From: Epithemia pelagica
Taxonomy: Eukaryota; Protista; Bacillariophyta
Assembly: GCA_946965045.2 (NCBI GenBank)
Contig: OX337234.1
Span: 1,612,001 to 1,676,000 of the forward strand
Direction of reading: 5' to 3'
Length of the DNA stretch: 64,000 bases
Part shown: positions 23,276 through 35,599 of the stretch, one piece after another
How positions within the stretch are numbered: the first letter of the stretch is position 1
How the letters are laid out: each line of letters starts with the position of its first letter
Notes under the pieces: generated by a model
Databases searched by the model: none
Seen by the model: only the letters and a program-made list of their open reading frames with translations
Told to the model about the DNA's origin: nothing
Made by a program: the position numbers and the translations under genes

Positions 23276-24078
23276 GCAAGAAAAGTAGGGACAACATGTG
23301 AGTCGAGTGTGTGAAGTGTGAAGAAGGAAGCAGCAAGAAAAGTGGGGACACATTGCATGAAATAAAAAGCAAGAAAAGTGGGGACAAAACGTGAGCCGAG
23401 TGTATGAAGCAGAGAACAGCAAGATAAGTGGGGACACATTGCATGAAATAAAAAGCAAGAAAAGTGGGGACAAAACGTGAGCCGAGTGTATGAAGCAGAG
23501 AACAGCAAGATAAGTGGGGACACATTGCACGAAATAAAAAGCAAGAAAAGTGGGGACAAAACCTGAGCCGAGTGTATGAAGCAGAGAACAGCAAGATAAG
23601 TGGGGACACATTGCACGAAATAAAAAGCAAGAAAAGTGGGGACAAAACCTGAGCCGAGTGTATGAAGCAGAGAACAGCAAGATAAGTGGGGACACATTGC
23701 ACGAAATAAAAAGCAAGAAAAGTGGGGACAAAACCTGAGCCGAGTGTATGAAGCAGAGAACAGCAAGATAAGTGGGGACACATTGCACGAAATAAAAAGC
23801 AAGAAAAGTGGGGACAAAACCTGAGCCGAGTGTATGAAGCAGAGAACAGCAAGATAAGTGGGGACACATTGCACGAAATAAAAAGCAAGAAAAGTGGGGA
23901 CAAAACCTGAGCCGAGTGTATGAAGCAGAGAACAGCAAGATAAGTGGGGACACATTGCACGAAATAAAAAGCAAGAAAAGTGGGGACAAAACCTGAGCCG
24001 AGTGTATGAAGCAGAGAACAGCAAGATAAGTGGGGACACATTGCACGAAATAAAAAGCAAGAAAAGTGGGGACAAAAA
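23276..24078. repeat. 86-bp tandem array (~9 copies) inside the hAT element
   Basis: GCAAGAAAAGTGGGGACA recurs at 23369, 23455, 23541 ... 24057. The unit consists of two related subunits (50+36 bp). Confidence 0.97.
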
Positions 24079-24116
24079 CATAATCTATATAGGAAGTAGG
24101 AAGTTACCAAGACTAT

Positions 24117-27100
24117 CTAGCAATGGAAAGCTGACATGATCGTGGGCAGGTCCAACTTTCCATCACCTTCACTTTTGCTGAAGACTGCTGTTAAGGTGGC
24201 AAGGTTGTACTTGTCAACTCTCGGATAATCCCCAAATTGCCGTTCAATACTTCGAAGAGTCGAGTCTGTTTGTGCTGGCCATCCTGGGTGGTTGTTGTCA
24301 TCCTCAAATGATTCTGGGAATTTTTCACCCATTCTTGCATACCTTCCATATCTATGTTCTGCCGCAGCTGCGAGAAGCTCTTTTCCCCCATCACTATGGC
24401 TTTCATTCATGTCAGAGTCTTCCGGTACCTGGTTTTCACCCACTTCAGACTCATTATCATCCGTGGACTCTATGTCCTCTTGATGAATATTTCCCCTCCA
24501 GTCATCAAGTGTTTCTTCAATGGATGTGGGTAGATGGTCATCGTCTTCATCAATATCATTCATTTCACGCGACGACAAATTGACATTTCCAGATTGTTCA
24601 ATACTGCCGTTGGCAATGCCACTCTCCCTCTGACTACACTCATCCTCAACTTGCTCCTCTGTTGACTCTTCGTCATCTTTCCTTCGGTGCTCTGTGCAAC
24701 GGACAATACAATTTGCAGTTTTGATTTTTGAACTTCTTCTTTGGTCTTGTCCTTCCTCTTCGGATACTCTCTCCCTTTGCATTTGTATATGGTACTTCAG
24801 TTTTGTCAGCTTCGTTGTCGTGCATTGCTTCATCTGATTACGTTCTTTGGTGTGGAATCCAGAAAAATGCTTAAAAACTCTTTCGGCAGTTGCTGCCTGC
24901 ACTGGAGCACCAAGAAGAAACACGGCAAAGAAACTGAGCACTGGATATTCATCCTGTTGTAGTCTCCAGTATTCCAATGGAGAACTCTCGGTCTTACGAT
25001 CCCATTTGTCCAGACCAACCATTTTCTCCTTTTTAAGCCATTTCTTGAGGTTTGTTGAAAGCTTGTCAAGTGTCGTGGATGTGGTTTCGCCATCTCCGAT
25101 TGTCCATTCGCATGCTCTGGCCTTCTCTGTTAAGACAAACTTCTGCCAGTAGAACCTTGCAGCCATTTGTAGTCGTCCTACAGTAAGTGCATTACCACTG
25201 TTGTAGGAGCCATTTGTGTCGGTTGAATGGCGAAGAATGGCGGTACCAAGGGATTGATATTCAGGATGTAAACAAAAGGAAAGGAAAAATAGAGGCTGTT
25301 CTGCAGCTGCCCATCGATCTTCTATATCTTGTGCTATGTTTGTTCCTGAAGAGGTTCGTGGAGAATCTGATCCTCCATAGGAGTAGCATAGGTCATTGTA
25401 TAGATTCATGAGGGTCAGTAAAACATGTGCCATGGTATTTCCTTCACGTTGCATTAGATGCGATGCATCGCAAAATGGACGAATCAACAGTTCCGCCTCT
25501 TCAAGATCTACCCAGAATGTTGATTGTCCCCATGCCAGTAGCTCCCTTGGAAGTTTCTCCCCTTGACAATTCTTGTACGTGGTAACAAGAATTTCACAGG
25601 CACTTCTAATCCTCAATTGAGACGCGAAACAGGCCTGAGTGGAATTCCATCTTGTTGCACCAATATTATGGATGGCGACAGGAACATTGTGGCCGTACAA
25701 TTCTTTGGCCTTAAGACGTAGCCGTTTGTACCATTTTGAACTTGACTTGGTTACTGCCACAGCAGCTTTGGATGCCATTGTGAGTACCTCCTTGAATTCA
25801 GAACGCTCGAGCAGACATCGTACCATCAGATTGATCTGATGTGCCCAACAAAATCCAAAGACTATGCTAGGGTGTCGGCGAGCTAAGATGTTGCAAGCTC
25901 GTTTGCATTGACCCGCATTATCTGAAAGGAAATACGAGGGTTTTGTGATATCTTCACGGAGCTCAAGATGCTCACTCATGATTTTCTTCACTGCATAAAG
26001 TACCGTCTCTTCCCAAAACTTGGCAACTGCCACACCATTGTGGCATGCCCCAAGTGGATATGAATCAATGAGGAAGGATTGGTTTCCGAGAACCAAACAG
26101 ACTGCTTCGACGTCTTGTTTTGAAACGCTCGTCCAGGAATCCACAACAACACCAGGTTGTCTCCCTTTTTTATATAGTTCTTGCATCTCACTTGACATAC
26201 ATGTCTCTGCAGTAGCTACGGCAGAATCTAGAAGAGATGAAGACAATTTTGTCCTTCCTGGTAGGTTTTGAGAAACTCCAGGGCGTATGGAATCAACAAA
26301 CTTCCGAAATGAAGGTGAGTCAACAAGTCGAAACGGAAGAGCATTGTCAATTATGGCTTCAAGGCACTCTTTGTGCATAGCTTCTATTTCACTGTTGGTC
26401 ATGGGTGGGAAAAAATAATGATCCAGAGTTCGGGTGGAACCCGTAGCATGCTTGGATCGACTCTTGACATTGGATAACTGATGTGCTTCATCCGTTATTT
26501 CAGATATGGGGTTGTCAGGTGATGGAGCGTTGGAATTATTCTTTGATGCTTGCCGAGAGGCAATTCTTGACCGAGACACAACTATTTCTGTTCCACATCT
26601 GGATTTCCCTTCAGAGAGTGCCAGTATGGCCGAAACAGTCTCCTTTTCTGCTCTTCTCTTGAATTCAGGACAATGCTTTAAATGTTGGAGCATTGTTTTT
26701 CTGTAGTACCCTTTTGCTTCAGGTCGCTTCATCCTTCTATTGAATGTCTTGGCTTCAGAAAATGCAACAACACAGTGCCGGCAGACCATGACATAATGAG
26801 GTGTCTTCTGCCCTGTTGTGTTGCTTATTGTAAATTTCTTCACACCATCAGGAAATGTGAAATGCTCTCGAATCAGCTCAAGCTCCTGTTTTTTTGTAAT
26901 CGAAGAGCTGTACTTTTTTGCTTTTTGGGAGCTAGATTTTCTGTGGGGTTTCTCTTTTGGTGCAATATTGGTACTTCTATTGTTTTGAGATGGTGGTGGA
27001 GGTACCAAAATGCGATCTGGCCGATGGAGAATACTTGGGTCTTCCTTTCCAAGGTGATGAAGGTCTCCTGTACGAAAATCCCTGTACATGCGACCGAGTC

Positions 27101-27341
27101 CAGGATCTTGATATGGGCTCATTTCAATTTCTCTTTCATGGTTGATAAGTTCCAATTCACTCTGTTCGACTGCTTCTGTGTCATCTGGTAGTTCTTCATC
27201 ATCAGGGACATCAGAGGGGGAATCAGAATCTTCATGGCTCTCTTCTGGGTTTTGGTGTGACGAGGAATCGGAATAAGATGAATCACAATCAGAGGACCCC
27301 ATAGCTTCATCATCTAAGCTATTGGACGGTATGGATGACAT
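24117..27341 (-). CDS. hAT-family transposase (1074 aa)
   Basis: BED-like CRHC...H..C, VVVDSWTS (D), FLSDNA (D), CWAH (CxxH), TRWNS, and the C-terminal dimerisation motif AATAERVFKHFS. Confidence 0.93.
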   Translation of the reverse strand: MSSIPSNSLDDEAMGSSDCDSSYSDSSSHQNPEESHEDSDSPSDVPDDEELPDDTEAVEQSELELINHEREIEMSPYQDPGLGRMYRDFRTGDLHHLGKEDPSILHRPDRILVPPPPSQNNRSTNIAPKEKPHRKSSSQKAKKYSSSITKKQELELIREHFTFPDGVKKFTISNTTGQKTPHYVMVCRHCVVAFSEAKTFNRRMKRPEAKGYYRKTMLQHLKHCPEFKRRAEKETVSAILALSEGKSRCGTEIVVSRSRIASRQASKNNSNAPSPDNPISEITDEAHQLSNVKSRSKHATGSTRTLDHYFFPPMTNSEIEAMHKECLEAIIDNALPFRLVDSPSFRKFVDSIRPGVSQNLPGRTKLSSSLLDSAVATAETCMSSEMQELYKKGRQPGVVVDSWTSVSKQDVEAVCLVLGNQSFLIDSYPLGACHNGVAVAKFWEETVLYAVKKIMSEHLELREDITKPSYFLSDNAGQCKRACNILARRHPSIVFGFCWAHQINLMVRCLLERSEFKEVLTMASKAAVAVTKSSSKWYKRLRLKAKELYGHNVPVAIHNIGATRWNSTQACFASQLRIRSACEILVTTYKNCQGEKLPRELLAWGQSTFWVDLEEAELLIRPFCDASHLMQREGNTMAHVLLTLMNLYNDLCYSYGGSDSPRTSSGTNIAQDIEDRWAAAEQPLFFLSFCLHPEYQSLGTAILRHSTDTNGSYNSGNALTVGRLQMAARFYWQKFVLTEKARACEWTIGDGETTSTTLDKLSTNLKKWLKKEKMVGLDKWDRKTESSPLEYWRLQQDEYPVLSFFAVFLLGAPVQAATAERVFKHFSGFHTKERNQMKQCTTTKLTKLKYHIQMQRERVSEEEGQDQRRSSKIKTANCIVRCTEHRRKDDEESTEEQVEDECSQRESGIANGSIEQSGNVNLSSREMNDIDEDDDHLPTSIEETLDDWRGNIHQEDIESTDDNESEVGENQVPEDSDMNESHSDGGKELLAAAAEHRYGRYARMGEKFPESFEDDNNHPGWPAQTDSTLRSIERQFGDYPRVDKYNLATLTAVFSKSEGDGKLDLPTIMSAFHC

Positions 27342-28095
27342 TGTTCTTGAAGTCTCTAAGGATGAGAAAGAATAGTAACTGAGGCCTTGCTTTGTTCATT
27401 CAGACTGAGATGGCATTGAGATGAATGAGGCTGAACGCTCTCATACTCACACAGTGGTGGCGCTACTGAAGGGTTAAGGTTAATCGTGGTGGCGCTACTG
27501 AAGGGTTAAGGATAATAGTCTAAAACTTTTATTTTAGACTCGACCTCGGTCTAAAATAATTATACCCTTTTAGACCGGGTCTAAAAGTGAGGGTATAATT
27601 AGACTCCGGTCACCCTGAAAGTAGGGCAAGCTTAATTGTGTTACACTAATTAGGATCACGACTTCTAAGTATCCATTGAGAGAACCGATCACTTAGGAAG
27701 ACCGAAGATTACCTAGGGTGCGCTGGCACGACTCCTCGTGACACAGGAAGCTTACATACTTGAATAGCCCCGGGGGACTCCTCGGCGCAGGGCGCACCTC
27801 GTGGCCTAACTCCTCGTCGGGCAATAGCTTCTCGTCGTGGACTGCCCCCTCGATCCGCTTATGCGGATCTCACAGGGGCATTCCACTCCTCGTCGCTATT
27901 GCCCTTCTCGGAGGTAAGCCACTCCTCACACCCTAGCTCCTCCTCGTCCGCCCTCAGCTGTTAAAGTAGACTTACTACTAACGGCAACAACGAACAACGG
28001 AGAGACCGCTGCTACCCAATGCCATATGCAGGATGATGATTCGCAAAAAAAGCGCCCACATTCTTTTGTCGTCTTGAGATGGAACAAATTGGACC

Positions 28096-31000
28096 ATGGG
28101 AGTGTCAGCCATGTTGCACAAGTTCTTTTGCTTTCACTGTGTTTTGCTGCAGCTTACAATTTTACCTTTGGTTGTGCTTGCCTTTGTTGGGCCTGATGGA
28201 ACTTGTCCAATACAAGTATTTGCACCCTTCACGAGGTGCGTTCATTCAACTGTTTGTGGTTGGACTTGCAATTTGATGTCTGACCAACTCCACTTGCTTC
28301 CCATTTTCTACTTCAGGAATGGTGATCCTTACTATGGGCTTTTCGACCGCAACTTTACCGTTGGTTTTTCAGTAATGGCTGCAGCTGTGTTGGCGGTGGA
28401 CCATTTCAATGAACGAAATAGTTCCATGGTTCCCGACCTCGCCCAATTCGCACCAAATGGTGGCAGTCCTTGTGATGTACAACTGGAAATTGACAAAGTT
28501 TTCAACACTGATGGGGGAGAATCGCATGAGGCTAGTCGGATGCTTTGGGATTACGTTCTTTTCGAAAATGAGACAAGCACTGAAAGTGAAAGTGCCTCTT
28601 CAAAAGCAAAATCTCTGTGCGCATTTGCAGGCCCTATGCATGCACGCCCAGCAAGCGTAAGTCTGCTCCATGGTCTAAAATCTATGTCCAGATATTCGCG
28701 TAGTTGGATGGACCGAAGACGGTGAATCCAGGCTGATAATTTGTTCATACGTCCTTGTTTGTATTTGTGCAGGACATAGGAATCATGGCATATGCTGCTA
28801 ACATACCGATGATTTCCATTCTCAACGATGACATGGTTCGAGATTTTAGTAGACCCATGCGAACTTCGGTGTTTCCAGATCTTCTTGAATCTGCTATTGT
28901 GTTGGTGTCCTTCTTGTTGCATCTAGAAAGGACAGACTTTATTGCTTTTTTGTACCCGCTCACCGACAAGGGTATGCAACGTCGATCAGCTTTGGGGGTC
29001 ATGTTGGATTCCAACAATGTTCGATGGATGGCCAGCGAGTACGTCGATTCTGTCGCAACGACCAAAATCAAACAAAAGGAGGGCAAACTTGGTGCTGACG
29101 ATGTCTTAAACGCTCGCACAGTCCGAACCGCCGTGAAAAGGATCAAACAGAGTGGATTTCGCACTGTGGTCATCTCTCTCGATCTCAACTATGAACGAAT
29201 GTTTGAAGAAATTGCCGATGCCATTGAAGAGTTTGGAATGAATGATGGTGAGCACTTCTTTGTGTTCCTCGAACCCATCGGCTTAAGCGACTATGATATC
29301 GATTCGAATGTCAACATAAGAAAGCTGATCACAGGATCCGCGTTCGTTCTTCCCTTGTCGGATGATACTTACTGGATTGGAAACCCCCTAATTGAAGACT
29401 GGTCAAGATTGGGAGAGCCCACCCTCAATGAAAAGTTGAATTTTCTGAACCCGATCGAACCAGCCAGTCCTGCATATATGCGTGCAGAAAGCAGACTGTT
29501 CGAAATCGACATAGACAAGCCCGAAACTCAACCGGAATACGGGTCAGGTATGTTGTTAGAATGATTCAGGGCTCAGTGAGACATCGCTGATCTTACATTT
29601 TGTTCCCGATATCACCATTTAGCTTTCATGTACGACGCTGTAATGAGTATAGGCTTTGGTGCCTGCCTCGCGAGTCGTCGTTCCGACGGATCCGTGGATG
29701 GTCGAGATCATCACAATGCCATTCGCAGCTTGCGCTTCAAAGGAGCATCGGGAAATGTTGCGTTCGGCAGAGATGTGTTGGAACGAGGAGGAACGCGTTG
29801 GTGGCAAAGTCTGGACTGGGTTGCTATCAACTACAGGGAAAGTGGTCACTACGAGCTGGCGGATGTGCTGATTGCCCAGAACATATCGACACTCGACAAT
29901 CCGGATGATCCACCCTTTGAACAAATTGTGACAGCTTGGCGAGAAGGGGGATCTCTACCGTGGTTTCCAGGATCGCCGTTAGTCTATGCCGACGGAACAA
30001 CCACGGCTCCTATGCCACTGCGAGATCCAGGTGATCAACATCTGGTCGATCCCTATATGAAGGCCTTGGGACTTTCGCTCACGGGAGCGACAATGCTGAC
30101 ATCTCTTATGGTCATTATTTGGGTGTATCGATGTCGCCAACACCGGGTAATTGCTGCGTCACAGCCTATGTTCCTCTACATCATTTCCATTGGGACCGTT
30201 GGTAGGTGGAAATACACTTGTTGAGTTTTGACATAAAACGCACAATGGTCACCTACTTGTTGCTCATGATTTTGCCTTGCTGTGTCTGCTTCGGGAAGTG
30301 GAGGCAGCGACCGTCTTGGTGATATCATTCGATGATAGTACGTTGAGCCCTCAGCAACTCAGTCGTCTATGCATGGCACTACCCTGGCTCTTCGGCACTG
30401 GTGTTGTCATTGTGGTTTCTGCTCTATTCACAAAGGTAAGATGTGGAGGAGGTTTATTTATGGTGAGGTTTTGTGCTCACCAGTCATTATCATAGCTTCT
30501 TCGTGTCCATAAAACGCTGCAGTTTTCTCGAAAACGTGTACCGAAGACGCTCCTTATATTGCCGATGGCGCTTCTGCTATTTGCAGTTGTACTCATTTTG
30601 TCCTTGTGGACTGGTTTGGACCCGCTAGTATGGAAAAGAGAAGATCTTGATGACGAGACAATGGACAGCAGCGGCACATGTCGCAGCGGAGGCCAATTAG
30701 CGGCCTTTCTTGCTCCTTTTGTTGCTGTGCTTCTTTTGGCACTTCTCTTGTTGGCATACATGGCTTATAAGACGAGGGATGTCGATGAAGCTTATTCAGA
30801 AAGCCACTGGATTTATATTCTTATTATAATGCAGTTGGAGGTAGTCCTGGTTGCTTCCCCTGTTGTAATCAAGCTGCATGATACAAATCCGATTCCAAAC
30901 GTTAATTACATGGTCTTCACGCTCTTGTTGCTATCGTTTCCATGGACGACTCTTTGCTTTATCTTCGGGCCTAAGTTGCTTGCCTACTGGAAATCTATCC

Positions 31001-31197
31001 GAGGCATTGATCCCAATAAACCAAAACGAGGGCAGCTCCAATCGAAGCCACGCGTAACAGGGCTAGAAAAACCAATCACAGCCGTTCCCTCAATGTCCGA
31101 ACAGTTGCCAGGTGAGAAATGGGCAATCGACCAGGATGATCTACATGATTTGTCCGCAAAGGAAGAGGAACAGAGCGTGGACAGAAATACCCAATGA
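28096..31197 (+). CDS. Family 3 (class C, GABA-B-like) 7TM receptor with an extracellular periplasmic-binding-like domain; multi-exon
   Basis: Signal-like N-terminus, motifs LAVDHFNERN, FMYDAVMSIG, RVIAASQPMFLYII, LWTGLDPLVWKR, KTRDVDEAYSES and FIFGPK, with GT-AG introns linking the ORFs. Exon boundaries are approximate. Confidence 0.85.
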
Positions 31198-31255
31198 GTG
31201 TCCTTCTCTTCGTCTCTGCTTTTGATGACCGCCTATGATTCATTTCTTATGCTTC

Positions 31256-34200
31256 TCATGGTTCCCCCCACACGTCATCGTCAACATGGCCACCGCAAAT
31301 CTCCATCAGCAATTCCACCTCCTGACTCATAACTTTCAAAACACTTTCAACAGTGTTCAAAGACCGAGCTCCCACTCGCACACCGTTCATTGTGCAAACT
31401 ATATCACCAGGAGAAATATCAACGATTTCTGAGTCATGCGGAGTTATGGATAAGATGCGCCTTCCGGAAATTGGGCTGATGGTTGCTTCTAGAGTGAGAT
31501 TCCACGGATGTTTTAGAGATTCCCTAGTCACGTTGACAAGCCTTGTATCAGTGGCATCGTCTTCAAAACTACTCAACTTTTCGGTTTGAAAGTGATCGTT
31601 CTGTATAGTCGCTACTGGAAGCTTTTCGACTGGTGTGTCCTCCTTCATCATTCCCTGGTCCAACATAGAATTTGATGGCACATCCTGTTGAGGAGTTTCA
31701 GACGACAGGAGAGAGAACAACGTGTGCTGAAAATTGCCGCTCTGTGTCTGTCTAGCTCCTCCTTCTGGGAGTGCTGTAGCAGACTTTCGGTGAGTGAGAC
31801 AGTAAAAGCGGTCCACCGAGAAATCCCAATCTAAGGATTTTGCGCAGGTGAAGTGATAACAGTTTGTACATGAGGGTTCCTGACATTCAACTGTTGCTCC
31901 AGTTCGAGAGCACCTTTGACGAAAACACAAGCACCATTAATTGTGTGAGTCTGTCTTTACCATGGAAACGACAGTCGAATAAAGAAATTTACCTTCCACA
32001 TAGCCTGGACGAGTCCACAGCTTCGAAAATATTGGTATAATCATGCTCGAAATGACTTGAAGTGTTCTGTACAAGCTTGACAGTCGACGTGAAACGAGCA
32101 CAAAAATCGTGAACTGCCACCCGCCGATTTCCCTTCTGAAAAGCAATTAGTTCCCCTGCTTCTCTATTGTTTGACCCACCGCACAACGAACACGTCAACG
32201 ATGATCCGTTTTCTGAGCTCAGAAGCAAGAACTCCATGGAGATCTTACGACACTCATCGATGTGGGATCTATGATTTGGGCAAATAAATTCTTTTCCGTC
32301 CTCATCGAATCTCCAGCCTGTATCTTCGGCGCAACTAAAATGACAAGATTGCGGACAGTTTTCGACAGAACAACCTATCGTCGCACCCACTTCTCCACAA
32401 AGTGAGCACTCAGTGTTCTTGCCACGATTGCATGCTTTAATCACATTCGTCCAAACTCCATCCTGAACATCGACCTCGGGACTGTTCTCGGCGCATCTGT
32501 AGTGAACAAGAACTTCGCGAGAACCTCTCTTGAACGCCAGAAGTGACCCTTCGCGGATCCGCGACCCCGACAAGTGGCACAATGAACATGTCAGTTTCGC
32601 TTTTGGGTTCATTGCTCGAAAGAGAGGCAGAGGGATCGTCTTATCTATGCTTGAATCACCGGGGGAAGACACGAACATGGTATCGACAATTTCTTTCGCA
32701 GCGCGATAACCAGATAACATTGCGCCATGTACCTTCGACGGATGAAGTGCGGTCGTATGCTCACCAGCGAAAAACAAACGCATAGTTTCCGAAGCATCTA
32801 AAAGAACAGAATCTCCATTGCCATTAATTGGACTTTGAAGAACTCTGAAATCTTGATCTGTATTTCCTGGGGCAAGATACGTGTGGGAACCTCGAGAGAA
32901 TCGATCACGGCCCCACCTTGTCAACTTATACAACGAAGGATAAGGAACATACTGTCCTTCAAAAAGACACTTCAGAGTATGCATGACATCTGCTACAAGC
33001 TGTTCCTCGCTGAGGCATTCCGACACAGCAGCCTCTAAGCCAGATATGAGAGTCATGAGCACCGCAGGTGACGATGCTCTCTTACCACCCAACGTAAGAC
33101 CAATGTCAACAAACATGTAGTGATGTGGATTACAGGAAGAAGCATTTCCAAAAAGCGTTTGCCCCTCGTTCAAAACACTTCGCCAAAATGCGTTCTCTGG
33201 AGGAAACTGGAGATAGAGTTTGTCCAGTAGGCCAAATCCAACGGATTCGATAGCATCACGCTTTGAGAAAGGTAGTGATGGTTCAAAGAACAACTTGGCG
33301 GAATCATCCGGTTGGTTCTCTCGGTTGATTGAATCTTTTAGGACGCCTAGTGGCACAGCGCATACGACAAAATCACAAGGCAGACTTTCTGCCTCATTCT
33401 CAAATACGACTTGACATGTGTCGGAGAGTTCCAGAAACCGTTTGTGCCGCTGGATTCCGCCAAAAAATGGTCTGGTCGATGTTTTGCGGGCGTACTCAAT
33501 TCGTGAAACTGGAGTGTTCAACAAACAAGAAAATCTTTCGCCACGTTGTTTCAATTTGTTGTGGATATGATCAACAACACAAGAGTAACCCTGTTTCAAA
33601 ATAACATGATCGCCCTCGAACGCATGTCGTTCATCTATATCCCAGTACTTCATCGAAAGATCCGATATGTTTGCTCCGAGAGCATACTCAATGTTTTTAA
33701 TATTCCAGAGAAGCATGCGGTGCTCATCTTCTGAGAGAGATGCAACCTCATCTAATCGTCCTTTGGCAATGACCTTGCCCACGGCTTCGTCGACCGATAT
33801 GTCGGAAGTTTCTCGGTGACGGCCTACTGTGTGTCGGCCCGGGTCAACGGTAGTGATCTGCGAGCCTAAGTTTTCGTCGGTACCGTTTCTTGTGGGCTTG
33901 AACTCTGATGCATACCACCGCACTGCATGACGGCTGCCGTTTTCTCTGTTACTATCTTCATCACGCCAACAAGTTTCAACCTAGGTAAATGGGGCGGTGT
34001 TAGTTCTGGGCAATGGAAGCAAATCCCAGAGATATCTCACACGTACCGCTAAGTCAAGAAGTTTGTCGAAGAGCTCCCCAGCACGTTCGTCCTCACCCTC
34101 GTCTATAGTAACACGTCCTTGGCGCAACATAGTAACTTCCTCCGACGTCCATACGAAATCGACACTGGCTTCCTGCGCCATAACCGCCAGTGGATTGGAA

Positions 34201-35599
34201 TCAATCCCATGGATCCAACTGGCCCCCAGATCCACAGGAAAGGGAGTTTTACCGTCAACTGTCTTGAATGTCGTCCTGTCCGTCCACAAACGGCCTCCAA
34301 GGCGCGTCCGACCTTCAACCAAAGTAACCTCAACATCGATCCCTTCGCGGTCGCATAGTTGAAAAAGCTCCAGACAGCAGGATAGTCCAGCAATGCCACC
34401 ACCGACGACTACCACTCTATACCTCGACCGAGGGTTCATGGGTATCAGATCGGAAAGATCTGATTTGGCATCCTCCATGTGCTTGCTTTGATTCCACACT
34501 AACATACCGTTGTTGTCCTTCTTCATACCCAGGGTGTCGAGAACTTGCTGCTGCCCAATTTCCAAGTTGGACAGAGGAAACCACTCAGGAAGTAAGGTGT
34601 TCTGGAGAAAACTATGAAAGCCCATGGACATACGGAGACCGCGTGTTGAAGATGCTGTCATAGTGGTCTCTTCAGAAACAAGCGAGCTTGTAAGACTCTT
34701 GAGGTTCCAAATCACAAAATCGGCGAACTTGTGAGTAAATGCGCAAGTCTACAGAAGAGCAGGGTTTGAGCTTACCTCATATTGATAGTAGTACTTCCCG
34801 ACAAAGTCTCCTCCAGACTGACAAGCAGCTTCTATGAGTTTCATCCGCTCCTCATCATCTTCCGCAGCAGCCTCTGCATTGAGATATGTCGCTAATAGGA
34901 TACGGTATTCTGAACTAGTTCCGTTTGATCCTTCCATGAATTGAAACTTCTGGACCTGTTGCATTGCGGGACTTGTCTTTTCGGACCCACGTGATGGAGG
35001 ACCTGAACTCTGAGCAATCATTGGGGTTGGTCCCGTTTTCTCAGGTTCTTGAATTCTCGATGTGTCTTTGTTCTGCTGACGCTGCTTCATGATCCTCATA
35101 CGTTGGTTCAGTTCAAGGCCATACGCTGCGTCTTGAAAGTGGAGTAATGATGCCGACTTGAGCGCATCTTGATCGACGAGAGCACCATAGTATCGGCGGT
35201 TGTTAATGGTAGCTGCAACATAACAGGCTTCGCCAGCTTGTGTCGACCCACGAGAAGAGGGTTGCTTAAGAGCAAAGGTCTCTTCCACTCGCACATGATC
35301 TATTTCTTGATATTTTCTAAGTGCACCACGGGCTGATCGCCGTCGTCGACCGCTGTCAGAAGCCTGCGGACAAGTGATTAGTAGACAAGGAATATGAGTA
35401 GTAGATTAGAAACTAGTCATTATTGAAAAGCAGCACAGTCTGATCAGACCCTCGTCTTCTTTGACAGTCGGAAATGTTGCAACGTTACACGTAACAAGTT
35501 TGTCGAAGATTGTTTCTTGAGCTATGCACCTAATTTTGCGTCAACGAGTTGCAATGGTTAACATACCTCAGCTGTTCGATCCGATGATCTCCTCTTCAT
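31256..35599 (-). CDS. Flavin amine oxidase, LSD1/KDM1-like, with C-terminal extended-PHD-type zinc fingers; multi-exon
   Basis: VVVVGGGIAGLSC, GGRLW, DLGASWIHG, GFGLLDKLYLQF, WGRDRFSRGSHTY, LFFAGEHT...VHGAMLSGYRAA, then repeated CSLC...VH..CA...C..CG..GATIGC....C....HFSCA. Proposed first exon 35599-35567 is tentative. Confidence 0.85.

Larger units (their letters stand above)
23087..27617 (-). mobile_element. hAT DNA transposon (4531 bp), apparently intact
   Basis: Perfect 11-bp TIR CAGGGTGACCG / CGGTCACCCTG, flanking direct repeat AAAGTAG, multiple subterminal GTCTAAAA/TTTAGAC motifs at both ends, and a full-length transposase ORF. Confidence 0.93.

Noticed and set aside
23234-24110. Three overlapping 270-290 aa Cys/Phe/Leu-rich ORFs
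   Set aside because: All three frames are cyclic permutations of the 86-bp repeat; not credible proteins.
27450-27456. RSS heptamer CACAGTG
   Set aside because: No nonamer at 12 or 23 bp, and it lies inside the hAT element rather than at the RAG1-like element's ends; expected by chance.
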